DNA from: an uncultured delta proteobacterium
GTDB taxonomy: Bacteria > Myxococcota_A > UBA9160 > JAFDET01
Direction of reading: 5' to 3'
DNA: 64,000 nt
Assembly: GCA_947259215.1 (NCBI GenBank)
Contig: CAMYLJ010000022.1
Location: 125,238 to 189,237 of the forward strand
Under the pieces are notes generated by a model that worked only from the letters and a program-made list of their open reading frames with translations, had not been told where the DNA came from and did no database searches. Made by a program: the position numbers and the translations under genes. Every line of letters begins with the position of its first letter. The first letter of the stretch is position 1. Shown piece after piece: positions 28,968 through 37,371 of the stretch.

Positions 28968-29441
28968 CTACTCCACGAAGCGCGCGCGCTTGTCCGCCGT
29001 CGGCACGCGACAGCCGTCCGCGACGCCGAACCAGCGGTAGCGCTTCCGCACCAGGATTCCGTAGGTCGCGTCGCGCAGAGGCGCGGGAAGCGCAAAGAAG
29101 ATCGCGGCCAGCGACCAGGGCAGCCCGAGCATCCCGAGGGTGCGCAGGATGGCGCTCGAGCGGGTCCAGAGCCGGCCCCCGTCGAGCAGCATCATGGTGT
29201 CGAGATCGTCGGCGGGGAGACCGGCGGCTTCGTTGCACGCGCGCCCGAGGGACGACTGGAGCGACGCGAAGCGCAGGCGTCGGCGGCGGTCGTGGCGCAG
29301 CAGGAAGTCCACCCAGCCGTTGCACACGTTGCAGACGCCGTCGAAGAGCACGACCGGCGCGTCGCTCGGCGGACCGGGCACGGGCGCGGGCCAGGCGCGC
29401 CCCAGGAGGCCGACCGATCGGGCGCCGGCGGAGGAGGCCAT
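28968..29441 (-). CDS. Thiol-disulfide oxidoreductase DCC family protein (DUF393)
   Basis: It has the VVLFDGVCNVCNGWVDFLLRHD CxxC motif. The start could instead be the ATG at 29489. Confidence 0.8.
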   Translation of the reverse strand: MASSAGARSVGLLGRAWPAPVPGPPSDAPVVLFDGVCNVCNGWVDFLLRHDRRRRLRFASLQSSLGRACNEAAGLPADDLDTMMLLDGGRLWTRSSAILRTLGMLGLPWSLAAIFFALPAPLRDATYGILVRKRYRWFGVADGCRVPTADKRARFVE

Positions 29442-29508
29442 GGCGCGAAGATACGCCAGCTGGTAGAAGGCTCCCAATGCCGCACGCATCCGCTGACCCG
29501 CTGGCGAC

Positions 29509-30450
29509 GTGAGCGACCGGGCGGTCCGCGTCCTGACCCACGTGCCGCCCGAGGCGCTGGCTTCGGTCGAGCCGCCGGGCGCGACCGTGGAATGGATCCA
29601 CGTCCCGCTGGACGGGCCGGTCCCTCCCGACGCGCGTGCGGAGGTGCTCTTCACCTTCACCAGCGAGGTGCCGAGCCTGCGCGAGACCCTGGAGCGCGGC
29701 GTGCGCTGGGTCCACACGGTCGGAACCGGCGTCGACCAGTTCCCGCTCGACGCCGTCGGCGATCGCACCCTCACCTGCGCCCGCGGCGCCAGCTCGGTTC
29801 CCATCGCCGAATGGGTGATGGCCATGGTGCTGGCCCACGCCAAGCGCCTGCCGGAGAGCTGGCTCGACGCGCCGCCCGCGCGCTGGAACCTGGCGGAGCT
29901 CGACGGCCTGGCGGGACGCGGCCTCGGGCTGGTCGGCATCGGCAGCATCGGGCAGGAGGTGGCGCGCCGCGCCCTGGCCTTCGAGATGGAGGTGCGGGCG
30001 CTGCGCCGCACCCGCGCGCCGAGCCCGATCGCAGGCGTCGAGATCGCGGACTCGTTGGAGGAGCTGCTGCGCTGGGCCGACCACCTGGTCGTGGCCGCGG
30101 CGGCCACCGACACCACGCGCCACCTGCTCGGGCGGAAAGCCTTCGCCGCCGCGAAGCCGGGCCTCCACCTGGTGAACGTGGCGCGCGGCTCCCTGGTCGA
30201 CCAGGACGCCCTGCACGGGGCCCTCGACGCCGGCCGCGTGGCCCGGGCCTCGCTCGACACCGTGGAGCCGGAGCCCGTGCCGCCGGGCCACTGGCTCTAC
30301 AGCCACCCGAAGGTCCAGCTCTCCGCTCACATCTCCTGGGCGGCGCCGGGCTCCTTCCAGGCGCTGGTGGACAGCTTCGCCGCCAACCTGGAGCGCTGGA
30401 TCCGCGGCGAGCCGCTCGCGAACATGGTGGACCTGGAGGCGGGCTACTAG
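29509..30450 (+). CDS. D-isomer-specific 2-hydroxyacid dehydrogenase family protein
   Basis: GTG start. It has the NAD-binding motif GLVGIGSIGQEVARRA, NVARGSLVD, and a late His in AHISW. Confidence 0.88.
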   Translation: MSDRAVRVLTHVPPEALASVEPPGATVEWIHVPLDGPVPPDARAEVLFTFTSEVPSLRETLERGVRWVHTVGTGVDQFPLDAVGDRTLTCARGASSVPIAEWVMAMVLAHAKRLPESWLDAPPARWNLAELDGLAGRGLGLVGIGSIGQEVARRALAFEMEVRALRRTRAPSPIAGVEIADSLEELLRWADHLVVAAAATDTTRHLLGRKAFAAAKPGLHLVNVARGSLVDQDALHGALDAGRVARASLDTVEPEPVPPGHWLYSHPKVQLSAHISWAAPGSFQALVDSFAANLERWIRGEPLANMVDLEAGY

Positions 30451-30478
30451 CTACCCGAGGTTCCGATAGCATTCCCGC

Positions 30479-30850
30479 ATGGCGACCTCGATCTTCCTCG
30501 GCATCTCGACCCTGGTCTGGCTCGGCTACGGCCTCTACTGCTTGTTCGATCCCGGCTACCTGGCGCAGGCGGCGACCGTCGCGGCCGGCAGCGCCACGGG
30601 AACCACGGAGATCCGCGCCATGTACGGCGGCCTGCAGGCGGGGGTTGGCGTGATCGCGCTCGGCGGACTCCTGCGCGAGAACCTGGTGCGGCCCGCGCTC
30701 TTCGCGCTGGCGGTGCTGACCGGCGGCCTCTTCGTGGCGCGCCTGCTGGGCGCGATGATCGACGCCAGCTGGACCGGCTACACGATCGGGGCCCTCGGCT
30801 TCGAGTTCGCCAGCGCGCTGATCGCGCGCGTGCTGCTGGTCCGGAGCTGA
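30479..30850 (+). CDS. Small 4-TM membrane protein (DUF4345-like)
   Basis: 123 aa and very hydrophobic. It has EIRAMYGGLQAGVG, which I recall as typical of DUF4345. Confidence 0.6.
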   Translation: MATSIFLGISTLVWLGYGLYCLFDPGYLAQAATVAAGSATGTTEIRAMYGGLQAGVGVIALGGLLRENLVRPALFALAVLTGGLFVARLLGAMIDASWTGYTIGALGFEFASALIARVLLVRS

Positions 30851-30886
30851 GCGCGTCCGCGCCCCCCGCATTTCCAGCCGTGAGCC

Positions 30887-32935
30887 GTGTCACGAGCCGG
30901 CCGAATCCCCCCGAGGGGCAGCTATACTTCCTGCGGAGGCCGCCCGTTGACTCACGCTCTGCGCGCCGTCCTGGCCTGCGTCGCCTTCGGCCTCTCGCTC
31001 GCGACCGCGCCCGCCCGCGCCGAGGCGCCCCTCGAGGTGTGGATCGACCGGGACTGGCCGCCCCACCAGTTCGCCGACGAGCGAGGACGCCCCGCCGGCT
31101 TCGACGTCGACCTCTTCCGCGCCGTCGCCGACGCAGAGGGCCTCGACTACCGGCTCTCGCTCGCCGAGTGGGAGGAGATCCGCGCGGCGCTCGAGCGCGG
31201 CGAGATCGACGCCAACCCCGGAGTCTTCCGCACGGCGGCGCGCCAGAAGACCATGGACTTCACCGCCCCCACCACCTGGGTCCACTACGCCGTCTTCGTG
31301 CGCGACGAGTCGACGGCGACCCGACCGGAGGACCTCTTCGGCGGCTCGGTCCTGATCATCCGCGGCGGCGTCCACGACGACTTCCTGGCGGAGCGCGACC
31401 TCGACGTGACGCCGATCCGTACGCGGACCCACCCCGAGATCATCCAGCGGCTCGCCGCGGGCGAGGGCGACGGGGCGATCGTTCTGGACACCCAGGGGCT
31501 CTATTTCGCGCGGACCTTCGGGCTTCACAACGTGCGCTCCCTCGGGATCCCGCTCGAGAACCTGGAGCTGCGCTTCGCGGTGCCCGCCGACCGCGAGCAG
31601 CTGCTGGCGCGGCTGAACGACGGCCTGGCCCAGGTGCGCCGAAGCGGTCGCTACGACCAGCTCTACGACCAGTGGTTCGGCATCCTCAAGCCTCAGGGAA
31701 TCCCGGCGGGTCGCGTGCTCCTCGCCCTCGCTGGGAGCCTGCTGGCGGTAACGCTGGTGGCGGCGGCCGGCGTGCTGTGGTCGCGCAGCCTGCGCCGCCA
31801 GGTGGACGCGCGCACCCGCGCACTGCTCGAGACCGACGCGCGGCTGCGGGGCACCCTGGCCGCGGCCCGCGAGGTGGGCTTCCTGGTGGCGGAGGACCCG
31901 AGCGACGACGCCCGCATCCTCGAGTGGAGCGAGGGAGCCGAGCGGCTGTTCGGCTGGCCCGCCGGCGGGATCCGCGAGCTGCGCGTGGGCGGCCTGCGCA
32001 GTGCCGGCGACCGCGCGACCCATCCCACCCTGCTCGGACGCTCCGAGCCCGACGGCAGCGCGTCACGCGAGGCGGAGCTGACGCGCCGCGGCGGCGGCGC
32101 CTTCCCCGCATTCGTGGTGGCGAGCCTGCTGCCCGCGGGCGAAGGACAGCCGGCCCGGCTGCTCTACGCCGTCTTCGACCTGTCCCAGCGGGCACGGGCG
32201 GAAGAAGAGAAGCGCGCCCTGGCGGCCCGGCTGGATCGCGCGGAGAAGATGGAGGCGCTGGGGCGGCTGGCGGGAGGCGTCGCCCACGACTTCAACAACG
32301 TCCTCACCACCGTCGTGGCCAACGTCGAGCTGGCCCGTCGCTCCATCGGGGACGGGACCGAGGCGACGGAGTGTCTCGATGAGGTGGACCGCGCCGCCCA
32401 GGCGGCGGCGGACATCACGCGCCAGCTCCTGGCCTTCGCGCGTCGCGAGCCGAGCGAGCCCAGCACGCTCAGCTGGGACGGCGTCGCGGCCGAGCTCGAA
32501 CCCATGCTGCGCCGGCTGCTTCCCGGCCAGGTCCGGCTCGAGCTGCGCCCGGCGGGCCGACCCTGGCACTTCCGCATGGACCCGGGCCAGGCATCCCAGG
32601 TGCTGCTCAACCTGGTCCTGAACGCGCGCGACTCCTTCGCAGACGGTGGGAGCATCGAGATCTCCAGCGAGAACCGCAGCGACCCCGACGGCGACTACTG
32701 CGTGCTCGAGGTGCGGGACGACGGCTGTGGAATGGACGAGGAGACCGCGGCGCGGATCTTCGAGCCCTTCTTCACCACCCGCGAGGAGCAGGGCGGAACC
32801 GGACTCGGGCTGGCCACGGTCTACGCCGCGGTGGAGGGCGTCGGCGGCCGGATCGACCTGGACACGAAGCCCGAGCGGGGCACCCGCTTCCGGGTCGCGA
32901 TCCCGCGGGACCCCGCGGGCGTCGGCCCCGGGTGA
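30887..32935 (+). CDS. Sensor histidine kinase with a periplasmic solute-binding-protein (family 3) domain, PAS, HisKA and HATPase domains
   Basis: It has the SBP-like periplasmic part, one TM (RVLLALAGSLLAVTLVAAAGVLW), the H-box LAGGVAHDFNNVL, the N-box LLNLVLNARDS, and G-boxes DDGCGMD and GTGLGLA. The in-frame TTG at 30947 gives a cleaner signal peptide. There is no adjacent response regulator. Confidence 0.88.
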   Translation: MSRAGRIPPRGSYTSCGGRPLTHALRAVLACVAFGLSLATAPARAEAPLEVWIDRDWPPHQFADERGRPAGFDVDLFRAVADAEGLDYRLSLAEWEEIRAALERGEIDANPGVFRTAARQKTMDFTAPTTWVHYAVFVRDESTATRPEDLFGGSVLIIRGGVHDDFLAERDLDVTPIRTRTHPEIIQRLAAGEGDGAIVLDTQGLYFARTFGLHNVRSLGIPLENLELRFAVPADREQLLARLNDGLAQVRRSGRYDQLYDQWFGILKPQGIPAGRVLLALAGSLLAVTLVAAAGVLWSRSLRRQVDARTRALLETDARLRGTLAAAREVGFLVAEDPSDDARILEWSEGAERLFGWPAGGIRELRVGGLRSAGDRATHPTLLGRSEPDGSASREAELTRRGGGAFPAFVVASLLPAGEGQPARLLYAVFDLSQRARAEEEKRALAARLDRAEKMEALGRLAGGVAHDFNNVLTTVVANVELARRSIGDGTEATECLDEVDRAAQAAADITRQLLAFARREPSEPSTLSWDGVAAELEPMLRRLLPGQVRLELRPAGRPWHFRMDPGQASQVLLNLVLNARDSFADGGSIEISSENRSDPDGDYCVLEVRDDGCGMDEETAARIFEPFFTTREEQGGTGLGLATVYAAVEGVGGRIDLDTKPERGTRFRVAIPRDPAGVGPG

Positions 32936-33197
32936 CGAACCCGCGACACCGCTTCGGCGCTGGGGCATCTCAGCCATGCTCCGGCAGGCGCCCGAACCGG
33001 AAGGGGATTTTTCGAGGCCAGGGGTCGTGCCCCCTCGGGGAAGATGGGGCTCCGGGTCCGCAGCAAGGGTCACCTAATGTCCCGCGGGTAGAGCCAAACG
33101 CTACCCGGACAGTTAGAATGCCGCCCGGATGCTGGCCGCGTAGCCAAGGCACACCCGATGGAGTGCCGGAAGCCATGGAAGGGGGGTCCGCGACCGC

Positions 33198-33986
33198 ATG
33201 CTGAGCAGACGAAGCTTCTTCCGCAAGCTCCTCGACAACCCTCGGGCCCGGGAACTCTTCATGAACTCGCTGGCGGTGGGCGAGGCGGACAGCGCCGTCG
33301 GCCTCGACCGCGTGGCCGAGCACATCGCCGATCCGATCGTGGCCCGGAAGGTCTACCGCCACTACGCCGAAGAGGTGAAGCACGCCCGCCTCTTCGGGCA
33401 GCACCTCGAGAAGACCCTCGGTGTGTCACCGAAGCCGTTGCCGCCCGAGCTCGACTACGAGCAGTACGTGCGCCGTTACGAAATGGGCACGCCGGCGTCA
33501 CGACTCGATGACCCGACGCCCTTCTCCGACGACGAGCTCATCACCTTCTTCGTGGGCTGCAAGGCGGGCGAGGAGCGCGCCATGGCCGAGATGGGTGACC
33601 TGGTGCGCGATCTGGGCGCCGACCCGGAGACCGTCGAGGTGCTCGAGATCATCCACGGCGACGAGATCCGACACGTGTCGTACGCCACCGAGGAGCTGAA
33701 CCGGCTGGCGGACGCGGGCAACCGCGAGCGCGTGGTCCAGGAGCTGCGCCGGGCCCGGCGTGCCGAGGCCCGCGCCCACCGGCACGTGAGCCGCGCCTTC
33801 CTCGGCCGACTGATGGAGATCCTGGAGGTGCCGCGCGCGATCCGCTTCTTCGCCGGGCTGTCCATCGACGTCCAGTGCGTCCTGCGGATCCTCTCCCCCG
33901 GCGGCCTCGATCGCCCGCTGGTGGAGAATCCCATGCCCGTGCCGGAGGGGCCCCGGGGCCAGGGAGATCCCGCGGAGTCGGCGTGA
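33198..33986 (+). CDS. Ferritin-like di-iron protein of unknown function
   Basis: 262 aa with two ExxH motifs (AEEVKHARLF, HGDEIRHVSY). Its stop overlaps the hpnJ start (GTGA). Confidence 0.7.
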   Translation: MLSRRSFFRKLLDNPRARELFMNSLAVGEADSAVGLDRVAEHIADPIVARKVYRHYAEEVKHARLFGQHLEKTLGVSPKPLPPELDYEQYVRRYEMGTPASRLDDPTPFSDDELITFFVGCKAGEERAMAEMGDLVRDLGADPETVEVLEIIHGDEIRHVSYATEELNRLADAGNRERVVQELRRARRAEARAHRHVSRAFLGRLMEILEVPRAIRFFAGLSIDVQCVLRILSPGGLDRPLVENPMPVPEGPRGQGDPAESA

Positions 33987-35425
33987 GGACCCTGTTCCTC
34001 AATCCGCCCTCCTTCGAGGGCTTCGACGGCGGCGCGGGCTCCCGCTACCAGGCACGCCGGGAGATCCGGTCCTTCTGGTACCCCACCTGGCTGGCCCAGG
34101 CCGCGGCCCTGATTCCCGACAGCGTCCTGATCGACGCTCCGCCCCACGACGTCACGATCGAGGACGTGGAGGCCCGCGCCGACGAGTTCGGGCTCGTGAT
34201 CATGCACACCTCCACGCCGTCGCTGGCCCATGACGCCAAGACCGCCGCGCGCCTGAAGGAGCTGAACCCGCGGCTGCGCATCGGGCTGGTGGGCTCCCAC
34301 ACCATGGTGCTGCCGGAGGAGAGCCTGCGCATCGCGCCCGCCGCGGACTTCGTCACGACCGGCGAGTTCGACTACGCCGTGAAGGAGATCGCCGAGGGCA
34401 CGCCGCTGGATGCGGTGGACGGCATCTGCTGGCGGGCGCCGGACGGAACCCTGCTTCGCAACGCCGAGCGGCCGCCGATCCACGACCTGGACGCCATCCC
34501 CTTCGTGAGCGACGTCTACGCGCGCGACCTCGAGGTCGAGCGCTACTTCATCGGCTACCTCCAGCACCCCTACGTGAGCCTCTACACGGGGCGCGGCTGT
34601 CGCAGCCGCTGCAGCTTCTGCCTCTGGCCCCAGACCATCGCCGGCCACGTCTACCGCACGCGCAGCGTCGAGCACGTGCTGGCCGAGATGGCCCACGCCA
34701 AGGAGCTCTTTCCCCAGGTGAAGGAGTTCTTCTTCGACGACGACACCTTCACCGACGACCGCCCGCGCGCCGAGGCGATTGCAAAGGGGCTCGGCGAGCT
34801 CGGCATCACGTGGTCCTGCAACGCCAAGGCCAACGTCCCCTACGAGACCCTGAAGGTCATGAAGGAGGGCGGCCTGCGGCTCTTGCTGGTGGGCTTCGAG
34901 TCCGGGAACCAGCAGATCCTCAACAACATCCGCAAGGGCATCAAGGTCGAGGGCGCCCTCGAGTTCGCCGAGAATTGCCGCCGGCTCGGCATCATCCTGC
35001 ACGGGACGTTCATCCTCGGACTGCCGGGCGAGACCCACGAGACCATCCAGGAGACCGTGGAGTTCGCCAAGCGCGTGGACCCCTACAGCCTCCAGGTCTC
35101 GCTGGCCGCGCCCTACCCCGGAACCGAGCTCTATCGCCAGGCGCTCGACAACGGCTGGATGCAGACGCGACCGGGCGAGGAGCTGATCGCGGAACACGGG
35201 ATCCAGGAGGCCGCGCTCTCCTACGACGGGCTCCCCAGCGAGCAGATCCACGAGGAGCTCGAGCGCTTCTACCGCGCCTACTACCTGAGGCCGGGTCCGA
35301 TCCTGCGTATCGTGAAGGACATGCTGAGGGATCGTGAGGTCATGCGGCGGCGCCTCCGCGAGGGATGGGAGTTCTTCTCGTTCATGGCGCAGCGGCGACA
35401 CTCCCCCTCGCACGAATCGGCGTGA
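33983..35425 (+). CDS. hpnJ: Hopanoid-biosynthesis-associated B12-binding radical SAM protein HpnJ
   Basis: The GTG at 33983 gives 480 aa. The N-terminus LFLNPPSFEGFDGGAGSRYQARREIRSFWYPTWLAQ matches my memory of the HpnJ family. It has the radical SAM Cys cluster GRGCRSRCSFC. Confidence 0.85.
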   Translation: MRTLFLNPPSFEGFDGGAGSRYQARREIRSFWYPTWLAQAAALIPDSVLIDAPPHDVTIEDVEARADEFGLVIMHTSTPSLAHDAKTAARLKELNPRLRIGLVGSHTMVLPEESLRIAPAADFVTTGEFDYAVKEIAEGTPLDAVDGICWRAPDGTLLRNAERPPIHDLDAIPFVSDVYARDLEVERYFIGYLQHPYVSLYTGRGCRSRCSFCLWPQTIAGHVYRTRSVEHVLAEMAHAKELFPQVKEFFFDDDTFTDDRPRAEAIAKGLGELGITWSCNAKANVPYETLKVMKEGGLRLLLVGFESGNQQILNNIRKGIKVEGALEFAENCRRLGIILHGTFILGLPGETHETIQETVEFAKRVDPYSLQVSLAAPYPGTELYRQALDNGWMQTRPGEELIAEHGIQEAALSYDGLPSEQIHEELERFYRAYYLRPGPILRIVKDMLRDREVMRRRLREGWEFFSFMAQRRHSPSHESA

Positions 35426-36270
35426 CCCGGCTCCTCGTCGTCACCGCCGACGACTTCGGGGCGAGCCCCGAGGTCAACGAGGCCATCGCCCGCGGCCACC
35501 GCGAAGGCGTGCTCACGACGGCGAGCGTGCTGGTCAGCGGCGAGGCCTTCGACGAGGCCGCCCAGCGGGCGCGCGATCTCCCGAACCTCTCCACCGGCCT
35601 GCACCTGGCCCTTTGCGACGCGGCTCCGGTCAGCCCGCCCGACGCGATCCCGGACCTGCTCGGGCCCGACGGGCGCTTCCCGCCCCGCCCCGGGCCCACC
35701 GGCGTGTCCCATTTCGTGCACTGGGGTCGTCGCAAGGATCAGCTCGAGCGGGAGGTGCGCGCCCAGCTGGAGCGCTACCTGGCAGCGGGCCTGCCCCTGG
35801 ACCACGTGGACAGTCACCACCACCTGCACATGCACCCGCGCATCTTCGACCTGGTGCAGCGCTTCCTCGAAGACTACAAGGTGCCGTGGCTGCGGCTCGT
35901 GGACGAGGACCGCGGCGCGCGGCGCGGCGACGAGCCCTGGCTGGGTGAGATCGTGGCCGACGCCTTCCGGCTGCTGTCCGCCCGCGGACGCCGCGCGCTG
36001 GCCGCCAGCGACAGCGTGCGCGGGCCCGACCGCGTCTACGGCCTGCGCGCCACCGGCCGCATGGACCGCGACGAGTGGCTGCGCTTGCTGCCGCGCATGC
36101 GCGGCGAGGTCGCCGAGGTGTACGCCCACCCGAGCACGGCATCGGCCTCGGGACGCCGCGAGCTCGAAGCGCTGTGCGACGACGCCGTGCGCCAGGCCAT
36201 CCGGCGGGCGGGCTGGCGCACGGTCGGAACCCGCGAGCTGGCCCAGGCCGAGGCCAGGAGCAGCTCGTGA
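35422..36270 (+). CDS. hpnK: Hopanoid-biosynthesis-associated YdjC/ChbG-family deacetylase HpnK
   Basis: It has a GTGA overlap with hpnJ and YdjC hallmarks (VTADDFGASPEVNEAI, DSHHHLHMHP). Confidence 0.8.
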   Translation: MTRLLVVTADDFGASPEVNEAIARGHREGVLTTASVLVSGEAFDEAAQRARDLPNLSTGLHLALCDAAPVSPPDAIPDLLGPDGRFPPRPGPTGVSHFVHWGRRKDQLEREVRAQLERYLAAGLPLDHVDSHHHLHMHPRIFDLVQRFLEDYKVPWLRLVDEDRGARRGDEPWLGEIVADAFRLLSARGRRALAASDSVRGPDRVYGLRATGRMDRDEWLRLLPRMRGEVAEVYAHPSTASASGRRELEALCDDAVRQAIRRAGWRTVGTRELAQAEARSSS

Positions 36271-37367
36271 GCGTGCTGCTCGCCGCCCTCGGAGCCTGGC
36301 TCGCCGCCGCGGTGGTCTACCGGCTGCTCGCGTTCTGGTCGATCGACCGCCACCTGCGCGACCCGGGCGACGGCGACGCGTCGGTGCCGCCGTCGGGCGA
36401 GGTGCTGGCGGTGCGACCCCTCCGCGGCGCTCCTTCGCAGCTGGCCCCCTGTCTCGAGAGCCTCTGGCGCGCCGCGGAGCGCGCGGGCGCCCGTGTGACC
36501 CTCGCCGTCGCGGACCGCGCGGACCCGGCACTGCCGCTGGTCGAGAAGGCGCTGGCCGACGGCGGCCGCCCGCCGACGGACGTCCGCATCGACCCGGGTC
36601 CCCCCGGCCTGAACCGCAAGATGGCCAACCTGATCCAGGCGACGGGCGACAGCGAGGCCGAGTTCCTGCTCTTCTCCGACGCGGACGTGCGCGTTCCCGA
36701 GAACTACGTGGGCCGGGCGGTCCGCCCGTTCAAGGACGGCGACGTCGGGCTCGCGACGTTCCCCTATTACAGCGTTCCGGGGCGGAGCCTCGCGAGCCGC
36801 ATCGACGCCCTGATCACCAACACCCACTTCTTGCCCAGCGTGGCGGCAGCGCTCTCGCTCCAGGGGCTGCACTTCGGCCTGGGCGCCAGCATCGCCGTGC
36901 GCAGCGAGGCCCTGCGCAAGGCCGGCGGCCTCGAGGCGCTGATGGAGGTCAACGGCGACGACTACTGGATGGGCCGCCGCATCGAGGACGCCGGCTATCG
37001 GCTGGCCTTCGTGCCGATGATGCTGGAGCACCGCCTGGAGGACGAGGGCTGGCGGGCGTCGGCGTCGCGGCATCTGCGCTGGGCCAGCGTGGTGCGCGAG
37101 CAGCGGCCGCCGGGTTACCTGGGCCAGGCCGTCACCTACGGCGCCGTGCCGGCGCTATCCCTCGCCGTCGCGGGAGCGCTCGCCGGGGCCACCCCGGCGC
37201 TGTGGCTGGCGCCCGCGGCCTGGTGGGCGTTCGACCTGGCGGGCCTGTGGCGGCGACGGCGCACCCTGGGCCTGCGGCGCCGCGACCTGGCGCTGGTCCC
37301 GCTGTCCGACCTCTCCGTCTTCGCCATCTGGCTCGGGGGATTCTTCGGCCGGGCGCGCCCGAGCTGA
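36267..37367 (+). CDS. hpnI: Hopanoid-biosynthesis-associated family-2 glycosyltransferase HpnI (ceramide-glucosyltransferase-like)
   Basis: It has a GTGA overlap with hpnK, an N-terminal TM, the D-x-D region FSDADV, and the (Q/R)xxRW-type RHLRWASV. Confidence 0.8.
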   Translation: MSVLLAALGAWLAAAVVYRLLAFWSIDRHLRDPGDGDASVPPSGEVLAVRPLRGAPSQLAPCLESLWRAAERAGARVTLAVADRADPALPLVEKALADGGRPPTDVRIDPGPPGLNRKMANLIQATGDSEAEFLLFSDADVRVPENYVGRAVRPFKDGDVGLATFPYYSVPGRSLASRIDALITNTHFLPSVAAALSLQGLHFGLGASIAVRSEALRKAGGLEALMEVNGDDYWMGRRIEDAGYRLAFVPMMLEHRLEDEGWRASASRHLRWASVVREQRPPGYLGQAVTYGAVPALSLAVAGALAGATPALWLAPAAWWAFDLAGLWRRRRTLGLRRRDLALVPLSDLSVFAIWLGGFFGRARPS

Positions 37368-37371
37368 GCCC

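Noticed and set aside
32936-33197. A cobalamin riboswitch in front of the B12-type radical SAM gene hpnJ
   Set aside because: I could find no B12-box-like gccactg element or the expected multi-stem architecture, only two simple hairpins.
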